Part shown: piece by piece, positions 48,484 through 57,188 of the stretch | How the letters are laid out: the number at the start of each line of letters is the position of its first letter | Numbering within the stretch: position 1 is the stretch's first letter | IMG/VR virus record: IMGVR_UViG_3300021375_000007 | Span: 1 to 64,000 of that record | Reading direction: 5' to 3' (one strand) | DNA: 64,000 nt | From: a virus | Notes under the pieces: model-generated | Databases searched by the model: none | What the model was told of the DNA's origin: nothing | What the model saw: the letters and a program-made list of their open reading frames with translations, nothing else | Program-made: the position numbers and the translations under genes

Positions 48484-48750
48484 CTATTCAACGTAATCCG
48501 GGTCTACATATCCCGATACAACATATAATGTAGTTACTGGTGGTGTTATAGTTCCCGCATATCCACCTATAGGTCCATGTACTGGCTGTAATACTGGTAC
48601 TGCTCTTTTAACGACTCTACGTGACCTAACCGCTGCCACTAATTGCGTATTAGTTGCAGTTTCAACATTGTCACGGTATTGGCCACGCGAGAAATATGTA
48701 TCGGTGGTAGCAGGGGGTGATAAAGAACTTTTTCTTCCAGTTAATGACAT
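48484..48750 (-). CDS. Hypothetical protein
   Basis: 88 aa ending YVVSGYVDPDYVE; late-type motif upstream. Confidence 0.55.
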   Translation of the reverse strand: MSLTGRKSSLSPPATTDTYFSRGQYRDNVETATNTQLVAAVRSRRVVKRAVPVLQPVHGPIGGYAGTITPPVTTLYVVSGYVDPDYVE

Positions 48751-48780
48751 CTAGTAGATTCTCTTTAGAATAAATATTGA

Positions 48781-49437
48781 CTACTTCAATAAGTCGAAGA
48801 TTTCATCTAATGCAGCATGCCGGTGGTTATCTTTAAGCATTACCTCGTATACATACTTTGAGCCCCTTAATTTCGGTACATCATGTATAGCTGAATCGTT
48901 TGCAAACTTCAGATCGATCTGGTCTTTATCCCCGCAAAAAATCATTATAGAACCTTTACCTAATCGTCCTAATACCATTAGTAACTGTTGCTTAGTTAGA
49001 TTTTGGAATTCATCTACAATACATACTGCATTATCAAATGTACGGCCACGAAAGTGTGCTAAACTTAATAATTCAATATCTTCTGTTTGTTCCATTCTAG
49101 CTAATCCCTCTGCCTTATTATATACTTTGCGCATATTAGAACGTATTGGAATTATCCATGGATCCATTTTTTCTTCTAATGAACCTGGCAGAAAGCCTAT
49201 ATCTTCGGTAGCTACGGTTGGTCTCGTAATTACTATCTTATCAACTTCTCGCTTAAAGAATTTATCTAATGCTATCTGACAGGCTAGTAATGTTTTACCA
49301 GATCCTGCCTTTCCTATTACGAATGAAAAGGGTACGTGTAATATATTAGATTTGGCTGCTTTTTGCTCGGCCGATAATGTTAATGAAAATTTAACCGATC
49401 CCTTAGGTGGTGTTTTATCTGTATTCTTAGTTGCCAT
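48781..49437 (-). CDS. phoH: PhoH-like ATPase
   Basis: GKAGSGKT, ITRP, IGFLPG, FRGRTF, DEFQN, RLG, GD..Q.DL. Confidence 0.92.
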   Translation of the reverse strand: MATKNTDKTPPKGSVKFSLTLSAEQKAAKSNILHVPFSFVIGKAGSGKTLLACQIALDKFFKREVDKIVITRPTVATEDIGFLPGSLEEKMDPWIIPIRSNMRKVYNKAEGLARMEQTEDIELLSLAHFRGRTFDNAVCIVDEFQNLTKQQLLMVLGRLGKGSIMIFCGDKDQIDLKFANDSAIHDVPKLRGSKYVYEVMLKDNHRHAALDEIFDLLK

Positions 49438-49470
49438 ATCATAACCTTATTTAATATAAATATGTAACAT

Positions 49471-49496
49471 AAAAAAAGGGAGGCCGAAGCCTCCCC
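49471..49496 (-). terminator. Rho-independent terminator after the major capsid gene
   Basis: GGGAGGC-TTCG-GCCTCCC followed by T7 on the minus strand. Confidence 0.9.
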
Positions 49497-49525
49497 TTAA
49501 TTAAACATCAATTAGTAAGTACTAA

Positions 49526-51205
49526 TTAGATAGAGTCTAGACCTTCAACAAAGATCTTACCATAGAACTCAGGACGTACAATCTTCTTAGCGTAACGTGT
49601 CATTACACCTTTTCTCGGAGTGAAATCCTGAGGATCGTATACCAATGGAGTCATAATCAATGGAATATATGGAGCATATACAGCACCAGTTTCAAGGAAT
49701 TGTGATCCTCTGTATCCCATCAAGATAGTATTCTCAGTCATGTATGGGTTCTTGTAAACTTGGAATCTACTATTAATAGCACCAACTTTCTGAACGCCCA
49801 TTGCGAACTGCATCTTATCACCATCTGTATCAGCAGCATATCCTGGAATAGATTCTAGGATGGTAGCTACGGTTGGAGAACATACTAGGAAGTTTGCTCC
49901 TCCTCTCATAGTCAACTGATGGATCTTGTTACTTACCTTCTGAACTTTAGTTCCTAAAGTCTGGAACCAGGTTCCTTGGTTGTAAGCTTGAGCAGCAGAA
50001 TTGCCACTGGTAAATGATTCGCTAGCGGCATCATATTCAACACCAACACGTGCAGACCATCTTTCAACTGTCTGACCATTCTCGATCAACATATCAAGGA
50101 TCTCAAGATCGATTTCCTGTGAAATGTACTCAGAAAGCATTGAAGTTAATTCAGCTTCTGCATCAATTGAATGATAAGCATTTAAATCTTGAGCAAACTC
50201 AGGAGTCCAAACAGCTTTCAACTTACGTGTCTTAGCAACAATTGCTTCAGAACGCATTTGAAGATCGATTTCTGGAATCTGAATCTTACCATTTGTATCA
50301 AGCTGCTGTCCAACATTACCTACTTCAAAATCACCACGTGAGTCTGAACCTGGTTGTTTATTGAATACAACTTGAAGATCTGTTACATCTGCACCAGCAG
50401 TTGCAACCTTAACTACGAATCTGATTGTATCATCAGCAGTTGCACGAGTTACTAATTTAGTAAACTCTGGATATACAGCTTCGAGCTGAGCATCATTCGT
50501 CAAGTTAAAAGATCTAACTGCATTTACATCAGCACCAACGAGATCCGCGGTTCTTACATCTAACGTTTGAATCAATACGGGATTCGAGCCAGTTGATGCA
50601 AGAAACTCAGTATTAAAGTTAACATCAATCGGGGCAACAGAACCAGTTGCAAACCTATCGGCACTAATTGCTGTTGTAGCAGACGCTGGTGTTTCTACAT
50701 CCAAATCAGATGATGTTACAGCGTTAATAGAATATCCAAATCTTCCAGCACCATAAAGTCCTTGGGATGGAGCAGTTGTGCCACGAGCGGCATCAGTTAC
50801 ACCAAATACAGAATCTTCTTGACTCGTACGTGCTTGCCCTGTCTGGAACAATCCACCTTGAAGGTCGTTTCCATACTTGAAATCAAGATAGAATACAAGA
50901 CCTGATGGTAGGTTCATTGGTTGAACAGATACGAAATCCTTAGCAGCAATTTCAGCGAAGATTCTTCGCACTAATGGTAGAGCTACCCCTGACCATTCTT
51001 CTGAATTGGAATCTGTACCTGTTTGGTTGGCTTCAGTTACTAACTGCTTAGCCTGGTTCTCTAAAAGAACCGCCATACCTTGTGTTTCAACTTCATTCTT
51101 AAGTCCTTCAAGAAGTCCGGTTCGTTCCCATTTGGAAACAAGCGCTTTGGACTCTTTACGAGCATTAGCATGAGTATTGGTAGGCAAAAGTGAATTTACA
51201 TTCAT
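49526..51205 (-). CDS. Major capsid protein (T4 gp23-like)
   Basis: LLENQ, PLVRR, VQPMNLPSGLVF, AKTRKLKA.WT.E.AQDL.A.H..DAE.EL, YAPYIPL, MTRYA. Confidence 0.96.
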   Translation of the reverse strand: MNVNSLLPTNTHANARKESKALVSKWERTGLLEGLKNEVETQGMAVLLENQAKQLVTEANQTGTDSNSEEWSGVALPLVRRIFAEIAAKDFVSVQPMNLPSGLVFYLDFKYGNDLQGGLFQTGQARTSQEDSVFGVTDAARGTTAPSQGLYGAGRFGYSINAVTSSDLDVETPASATTAISADRFATGSVAPIDVNFNTEFLASTGSNPVLIQTLDVRTADLVGADVNAVRSFNLTNDAQLEAVYPEFTKLVTRATADDTIRFVVKVATAGADVTDLQVVFNKQPGSDSRGDFEVGNVGQQLDTNGKIQIPEIDLQMRSEAIVAKTRKLKAVWTPEFAQDLNAYHSIDAEAELTSMLSEYISQEIDLEILDMLIENGQTVERWSARVGVEYDAASESFTSGNSAAQAYNQGTWFQTLGTKVQKVSNKIHQLTMRGGANFLVCSPTVATILESIPGYAADTDGDKMQFAMGVQKVGAINSRFQVYKNPYMTENTILMGYRGSQFLETGAVYAPYIPLIMTPLVYDPQDFTPRKGVMTRYAKKIVRPEFYGKIFVEGLDSI

Positions 51206-51216
51206 TATATTTCCCT

Positions 51217-52098
51217 TTATTTAGAAAGACCAGCCAATTTCTTCCATCTAGTTGCTAATTCATTACCTTCAGTAATTACTCTAGCAGCTGGTTTGGTAGA
51301 CCTGGTTGGCTTAGACGCGTATGATTCTTTAATACGCACCTTTGATTTTGTTTTACCGAATCCTTCGGCTAAAGTTGAATAAACTAATTTCACTTCTCTC
51401 ATATTATGAGCTCGATCAAAGTTTTCAATAACTTTCATCTTTTGTGATTCATTCAACTCGTGGTTCTTAAATAACTTATTTGAGAATAGCAATTTAGCGT
51501 TTAGAAGATTAACTTCTTGAAGTTGAGATTTCAGATAACGGATTACATTGTAAGCTTCTTCCATTTCTTTCTCGTACTTACCTTCTTCCATTTCATCTTC
51601 GTCTGCAGCTTCGTCCATGTCATCTTCTTCTTCACGTAATGAAGCGATAACTTCATCTAGGTCAATCTCTTCATCCATTTCATCGTCATACTTACCTTCA
51701 CCGATTTCTGATGAATCACCAGCATCAACATCTAATTTGTTGTCACCAGTTCCAATTTCATCTGAATCAGCAGCGTCAAGTTCACGTAAAATTTCGTCAA
51801 GATCTAATTCCATGTCAGCATCTTCCATACCGGAATCGCCATCTAAGTCAAGTTCCATATCTTCTTCAAGATCTAAATCCATTGATGGTTCGATTGGTGC
51901 TTCTATTTCATTGCCTAAGTCAAGTTCCATGTCTTCTTCCATTTCCATATCATCTTCCATCTCTTCTGCTAATTTAGCATGGAGCATAGATTGTAAACGT
52001 GGAGTGAAAGCTTCTTCTAAAGCAGCTTTGGCGTTAGCCATTGCAGTTTCTCTTACAGCCTTTGCGTCAGCAATTGCCTCTTTTAAAAGATCATTCAT
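51217..52098 (-). CDS. Prohead scaffold/core protein
   Basis: Highly acidic coiled coil directly upstream of the capsid gene; EVNLLNAKLLF...W.KLAG. Confidence 0.75.
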   Translation of the reverse strand: MNDLLKEAIADAKAVRETAMANAKAALEEAFTPRLQSMLHAKLAEEMEDDMEMEEDMELDLGNEIEAPIEPSMDLDLEEDMELDLDGDSGMEDADMELDLDEILRELDAADSDEIGTGDNKLDVDAGDSSEIGEGKYDDEMDEEIDLDEVIASLREEEDDMDEAADEDEMEEGKYEKEMEEAYNVIRYLKSQLQEVNLLNAKLLFSNKLFKNHELNESQKMKVIENFDRAHNMREVKLVYSTLAEGFGKTKSKVRIKESYASKPTRSTKPAARVITEGNELATRWKKLAGLSK

Positions 52099-52226
52099 TT
52101 GTTGTCCTTAATTATAATTTGCGGAAATAAGATTATTCTGAATCTTAATAGATATAAATAAATTTTGTCAGGGACTATACATTGAGGTATAGTATCGGAT
52201 AATCAGTAATATATATGCCGAACAGT

Positions 52227-52255
52227 AAAAAAGGCGACCGTTAAGCCACCTTTTT
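52227..52255 (-). terminator. Rho-independent terminator after bS21
   Basis: AGGTGGC-ttaacg-GTCGCCT followed by a T-run on the minus strand. Confidence 0.65.
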
Positions 52256-52273
52256 ATTTAATCTATATGAATA

Positions 52274-52531
52274 TTAATCATACATATGCTCCCATCTCTT
52301 TCGCGAATTATATATACTCGTCTTTCTTGCTACACGCCTTTTGGTAGTAGGTTTAGTATATTCTTTGTTATCTTTTAGCTTTTGAATAACATCAGTTGCT
52401 TTAAGTTTGCTTTTCCAAGCTCGGAGCGCTCCTGCAATATCACCGGAAGGATTTCTTTTTGTTTTGGCTACTCGAGTAGCATTAGGGTTACCATGTACTA
52501 TAGACTGGTGGAATCGTAACTGTCTGCTCAT
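52274..52531 (-). CDS. rpsU: Phage-encoded ribosomal protein bS21 homologue (divergent)
   Basis: DIAGALRAWKSKLK...IQKLKDNKEYTKPTTKRR fits the bS21 pattern (ALRRFK...E.REFYEKP..KR); located among head genes. Confidence 0.75.
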   Translation of the reverse strand: MSRQLRFHQSIVHGNPNATRVAKTKRNPSGDIAGALRAWKSKLKATDVIQKLKDNKEYTKPTTKRRVARKTSIYNSRKRWEHMYD

Positions 52532-52586
52532 TTAATAATTTAATCGTTAATAATGCTTTTAATATAAGTAATTTATTTTATTTATC

Positions 52587-53177
52587 CTAATATTGCTCTT
52601 CATTATCAAATTCATCATCTTCTTCATCACCAAACTCATTCCATCCATCTTCTTCTTCATCATCCCACTCATTCTCCTCTTCTTCTTCATAATCAGAATC
52701 ATAATCGAATAAATCCACATCACTTTTAGTAGTTGGAATCATTTCTACATGACGCACTGCATATTTAAACAATCCTTCAAGAAACTTTTCATATTGCTTA
52801 TCCGTTGTAGTACCTACTACAGCTTTTTCAAGTTTCTTAAATGCATCTTGAATCTGAGGATCAATTTCGTTATGCCTACGTAAGAATGCCATTGCCGGTG
52901 CAGCGGTTTGTGTTCCATATCCTTGATAAAACTTATCACCGTCATTATACCATCGGTAACCGATTCTATTTACAGCACGGACTATCTCACCATTCAGAGT
53001 GCCGGCATTTCCTTGGCCTGGTACTAGCTTGTCAAAATATTTATCTAATTCTTTACCATCTTTGGTATCTCGTGCATATTCCAATAATTGGCGCTTTGTA
53101 TTACCAAATAATCTATTATAGGATTCTGCTAGATTAATTTTTTCAGCTTTAAAATTTTCTATCAAATGTTTTTTCAT
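52587..53177 (-). CDS. Hypothetical protein with an acidic tail
   Basis: LVPGQG...GEIVRAVNRIGYRWYNDGD; N-terminal LxE motifs. Confidence 0.6.
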   Translation of the reverse strand: MKKHLIENFKAEKINLAESYNRLFGNTKRQLLEYARDTKDGKELDKYFDKLVPGQGNAGTLNGEIVRAVNRIGYRWYNDGDKFYQGYGTQTAAPAMAFLRRHNEIDPQIQDAFKKLEKAVVGTTTDKQYEKFLEGLFKYAVRHVEMIPTTKSDVDLFDYDSDYEEEEENEWDDEEEDGWNEFGDEEDDEFDNEEQY

Positions 53178-53590
53178 TATAGCGATCCATTAACTTTGTA
53201 ATACTTGTTTAATACTGACCCCATATCTTCATATGCCGATTCTAATCGTTGCTGTAGACCATCCATCTCTCCGGAAGTCTTTTCAAATACTTTATAAGCT
53301 TCTTTTAATTGCTTCATATGACGTGATACAGTAACATTATCAAACCAATGTTCAGATTCTTGAAGAGTTAATTGTTCTGCCGCTTCTATGATATTTGCCA
53401 TATTAGATGCAGTTTCTTTTAATTTATTAGCTCTATATATGTTTTCACCGATAGAATGATAATTAGCAACTGCTTCCATAAAAGCACGTTTTTCATCCGT
53501 ATTCATTTTTGCTGGTTCTTCTTCCTGCAAAAACTTTTCATATAATGCCATTGCTGATTTAGTATCTTTCATTTTACTCTCCTGTATCAC
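53177..53590 (-). CDS. Hypothetical helical head-region protein
   Basis: WFD.VTV.R.MK.L...QRLE..YEDMG..L.KYY. Confidence 0.6.
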   Translation of the reverse strand: MIQESKMKDTKSAMALYEKFLQEEEPAKMNTDEKRAFMEAVANYHSIGENIYRANKLKETASNMANIIEAAEQLTLQESEHWFDNVTVSRHMKQLKEAYKVFEKTSGEMDGLQQRLESAYEDMGSVLNKYYKVNGSL

Positions 53591-53891
53591 CTATATTGGG
53601 ATCAATGCCTGTCATATCTGGTTCTGTGATTCCTGATTGTGACTTTTTCTTTCTTGTCAAGAATTTAATTGTATTATCTAAGCCTTTCTCCAATGCTCCC
53701 ATATACCGGGAAAATGTAATGAATTGCTGTTCGTTGTTAGCTTCTAGTTCAGTACCAACCTCTTTATGCACTTGCAATAACTCATTATATAAGTCATTAA
53801 ATTTACCAATTGCATAATCATAATCAACTTGCTCGGATAATATCTTAGAATATTCTTCTCGAATAATCTTTCTTAAATCATCTTGCTTCAT
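53574..53891 (-). CDS. Hypothetical protein
   Basis: 105 aa starting LRKIIREE..KILSE. Confidence 0.55.
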   Translation of the reverse strand: MKQDDLRKIIREEYSKILSEQVDYDYAIGKFNDLYNELLQVHKEVGTELEANNEQQFITFSRYMGALEKGLDNTIKFLTRKKKSQSGITEPDMTGIDPNIGDTGE

Positions 53892-53902
53892 CAGTTACCT
53901 TA

Positions 53903-54316
53903 TTAATATGGTGGTGTTTGTACACCCGGTCCATATTCACCTGGTGCATTAGGTGTAAGCGCATATGGTTGATTAGCTAATATATCAGCAAATGAAGTAC
54001 CACTACTTGCAAATGGATCCATATAATTACCAGTACCTATATCCGGAGATGAATTAATAGGACCATAAAAGCTAACACCGGCTGCACCTGCATTATGCAA
54101 AGACTTTCGGTTATTTATGCTTCTACTTTTAACATTGCCAAAAGCAAAGTTTTTATTTCCTATTCCCCATACACCTGAATCTTTTGGATCATCTCCATCC
54201 GGTCCAGGATTAGAATATCCAACAAGATTAGATACTGTGGTAGCTGGTAACCCGTTTGTTCCTTGCGTATATCCACCGTATAAACTTGTTCCTGCCATTG
54301 CTGCTAAAGATGCCAT
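53903..54316 (-). CDS. Gly/Pro-rich hypothetical protein
   Basis: 137-aa ORF coupled to the protease gene. Confidence 0.55.
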   Translation of the reverse strand: MASLAAMAGTSLYGGYTQGTNGLPATTVSNLVGYSNPGPDGDDPKDSGVWGIGNKNFAFGNVKSRSINNRKSLHNAGAAGVSFYGPINSSPDIGTGNYMDPFASSGTSFADILANQPYALTPNAPGEYGPGVQTPPY

Positions 54317-54317
54317 A

Positions 54318-54929
54318 TTAGAATTCCTTTATTATATCTGTTATCAATCTATTTATAGATAAATATGGATCTACGGTGCTTTTGCTCCCGGCAGATTCAT
54401 TAACCGGTGATAGAAAAGCTCCATGCGTCGATGGATTAGAAACAAAATCAAATCCTATCAATTCAAAGTCAGGCTGTACTTGCAATTCCATTCCGCTACC
54501 AGCTTCTGTCATTACCTCTTTCACTGATCCCATACCTCTAGAAGATATTCCTAATCTGATTCCAGATTTAAATAATTCCTTAAGTATATTACCGGATGGT
54601 GTTGATAATACTTCTACAGTACCTACCAAATCATTTCCAGCCCAATGCATTTCTAATACATTATGTGACACATTATTCAAATTGATAATGTTTGAATCTG
54701 GATGATCTAATTCACCTAAAGCTCTTCGCTCTTTAATAAAGGTATCATATTTAGTAGCTTCACGTTCTAAAATAGATTTCGGATAAACTCTTTCATTCTG
54801 GTTTTTAGCATCCGCTCTTTGTAATGTACCTTTAACAATTAACCGACCACCGTTATTCTCCAAACTTTCATTAATTTGTTGCGGAGATACTTGAAATGGT
54901 ATATAATCTAATATTAATTGCTTTGACAT
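54318..54929 (-). CDS. Prohead core protease (T4 gp21-like)
   Basis: NQNERVYP, ALGELDHP, GISSRGMGS, DFVSNPS. Confidence 0.93.
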   Translation of the reverse strand: MSKQLILDYIPFQVSPQQINESLENNGGRLIVKGTLQRADAKNQNERVYPKSILEREATKYDTFIKERRALGELDHPDSNIINLNNVSHNVLEMHWAGNDLVGTVEVLSTPSGNILKELFKSGIRLGISSRGMGSVKEVMTEAGSGMELQVQPDFELIGFDFVSNPSTHGAFLSPVNESAGSKSTVDPYLSINRLITDIIKEF

Positions 54930-54938
54930 TTTATTCCT

Positions 54939-55991
54939 TTATTTGGATAATTCTTTTAATCGATTAGATATACGAGTCATTCGTTCATTTATCTTTGCAA
55001 ATCTCTGTCCGGTTGATTTCCAGAAATGAGATGAATCAACACCTGTTTCTTGTTTGAGACGTAAATTGTTATTTACTATCTTTTCCATCTCACTTAACAT
55101 TTTATTAACTTCGGCAATACCTTTGTTAACTTTTTGCTTTGGAGTGGAATTTGGATCTTTTTTATATTCTCTATATGATACTGCTTCATCCAGTTTATTT
55201 AGAATTGGATATAATTCTCTAACCATGGTCGCGTCTTCTGGTATTTCATCTTTACCAACCATTGAGGCGCCAATGTGGTCAGCAACAGCATCAACATTGC
55301 CACCAGTTACCTTAAATCCTAGGTCTTTTAAAATATCTGCAGAAAGTTCTTCGATATCGCCGGATTCAAATTGACTATAGTTGCCTCTATTAAATTCGCG
55401 AATTTTTCTTACTGCTGCCGCTATATCAATATGCACGGCTTCTTTAAGGCCATACATTTCAGCCATCATTTTCTTAAAAGTAGATTTACCTTCCATTGGT
55501 TTGAATATTTTATTTGTTTTTGGAATCTTTTTCCATCCATCAACTTCTACGGTATCTTCATCAGCATCGCCAAATGCATTTGGAGTATCATAGCCTGGTG
55601 CCGAAGCCGTAGTCGACATTTCAGTTACACTTTCTTCTACCCAGGTATTATATCCTGGCTCAAGTATAAATGTATATGTATTGCCATCTCTAAATGTTAC
55701 TTCAACTCTATCATCTGAAATTTGTTTTACTTTTTTAGCTGTACCATAGCCTGGATAATCTTTTCCTGCCATCCATATAGCTACACCCATTCCGGTTATA
55801 TCTTCTTCCTCATCCATTTTAGCTATAGTACCAAAACGCTTATGAAGATATTCATCAGAATCATCTGTATCACCGTCATTATCAATATCCTTGTCTTCAA
55901 GGTTATCGAAATCTGTTACAGCTTCTTCATCATCAATGAAGTCTGCTTTTTCATGTATAAAATATTTTTTCATTTCAGACCTTAAACTCAT
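54939..55991 (-). CDS. Hypothetical head-region protein with an EF-hand-like DxDxDG loop
   Basis: DIDNDGDTDDSDEYL; modular segments separated by xxE motifs. Confidence 0.55.
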   Translation of the reverse strand: MSLRSEMKKYFIHEKADFIDDEEAVTDFDNLEDKDIDNDGDTDDSDEYLHKRFGTIAKMDEEEDITGMGVAIWMAGKDYPGYGTAKKVKQISDDRVEVTFRDGNTYTFILEPGYNTWVEESVTEMSTTASAPGYDTPNAFGDADEDTVEVDGWKKIPKTNKIFKPMEGKSTFKKMMAEMYGLKEAVHIDIAAAVRKIREFNRGNYSQFESGDIEELSADILKDLGFKVTGGNVDAVADHIGASMVGKDEIPEDATMVRELYPILNKLDEAVSYREYKKDPNSTPKQKVNKGIAEVNKMLSEMEKIVNNNLRLKQETGVDSSHFWKSTGQRFAKINERMTRISNRLKELSK

Positions 55992-56302
55992 TGTTGTCTT
56001 TTAAATGTAAATACATCGCCTGTATCTGCTACTATTTTACTTGGCGTAATATCATAAATAGTACCTACAACTAAATCATTGCCATCAATAGTAGCACCAC
56101 CAGCGACATGAATTTTAGTAGCGGCTACATTTGCAGCATTGCCAATTAAAACAGCACCATATCCATAATTAGAGCCGGTAAAGTTAACTGTTGCTCCTGA
56201 TGCTACCTTTAAGGCTGAATGATACTTGCCTGGAAATCCTAACCTATCAAATTGGTTTTTATCTGTTGCCACTGGATTATATGGTCCTGGATTATTTGCC
56301 AT
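55988..56302 (-). CDS. Hypothetical beta-rich protein, possible virion component
   Basis: 104-aa ORF in the head operon. Confidence 0.55.
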   Translation of the reverse strand: MANNPGPYNPVATDKNQFDRLGFPGKYHSALKVASGATVNFTGSNYGYGAVLIGNAANVAATKIHVAGGATIDGNDLVVGTIYDITPSKIVADTGDVFTFKRQQ

Positions 56303-57140
56303 TCTGAACTCCTTTTAATTGATCGATTAATTCATAATATCGAAGCATTGTAAGTATATGCTTGTCTTGAATAGTTTTAATATCATTCATTCCACTAACC
56401 ATATTGGTTACTTCCTGTAATTTAATCTTAACTACCTTAGATGGAATTGTACTATTCAATGTATTTAGATTTTCAACAATTACTGGAATTTGGTTTTTAA
56501 CCTTATCTAGCAATGCAGGAGAATTATTAACTGAATTAACATATTCTTTTAATAGTTCTTTTTGATCTACATTTAATCCAGAATACTTTTCATTGAACCT
56601 ATCAACTACAATTTTAGATGCAAGCTTCCGTACTACCGGATCTTCTTTAGTAAATGATTCATTAACTGGTATGGATTCTTTTTCTTTACGAATTACATAT
56701 TCAATTATCATACCTTGACATCTAGTAATCTCTGCAGGGGAATCGGCAATATTATATTCAAATAATTTATAAATACTTGCATTCAATTTATAGTTTGAAA
56801 TACGTGCATTTATAAAGTTTTCAAATACCAATTTGTTTTTAATATCACGAATCAAATTATATTTTGATCTACGCAATGTTGTTTCATTTAATTGCTTGCG
56901 TGATTGAACTGCGGCTGATAAAAATCTAGTAGCTTGTGCTTCGGCCACGAATCTTTCTTCGGCTAATGTACGGTATAGTGATAATTCCTTATATAATTCC
57001 GTACCTTCTCTGAAATGTTTCTTTAAAAGTACTATTGCCGGCGAGTCACGATTCTCCATCGTATCGGCAGCAACTTGACGTACTAACAGTTCAAAAAGAA
57101 TAGCAGTATTCTTTACTTTAGAATGTTTTAATGAATTCAT
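56292..57140 (-). CDS. Hypothetical head-module protein
   Basis: KHSK.KNT.ILFELLVRQ...FNEKY..L...QK.LLKEY; directly downstream of the portal. Confidence 0.65.
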   Translation of the reverse strand: MNSLKHSKVKNTAILFELLVRQVAADTMENRDSPAIVLLKKHFREGTELYKELSLYRTLAEERFVAEAQATRFLSAAVQSRKQLNETTLRRSKYNLIRDIKNKLVFENFINARISNYKLNASIYKLFEYNIADSPAEITRCQGMIIEYVIRKEKESIPVNESFTKEDPVVRKLASKIVVDRFNEKYSGLNVDQKELLKEYVNSVNNSPALLDKVKNQIPVIVENLNTLNSTIPSKVVKIKLQEVTNMVSGMNDIKTIQDKHILTMLRYYELIDQLKGVQNGK

Positions 57141-57188
57141 TCAAATCTTCCATTTTTCTGAGCATTTTTAATAAATATAGAACACATA

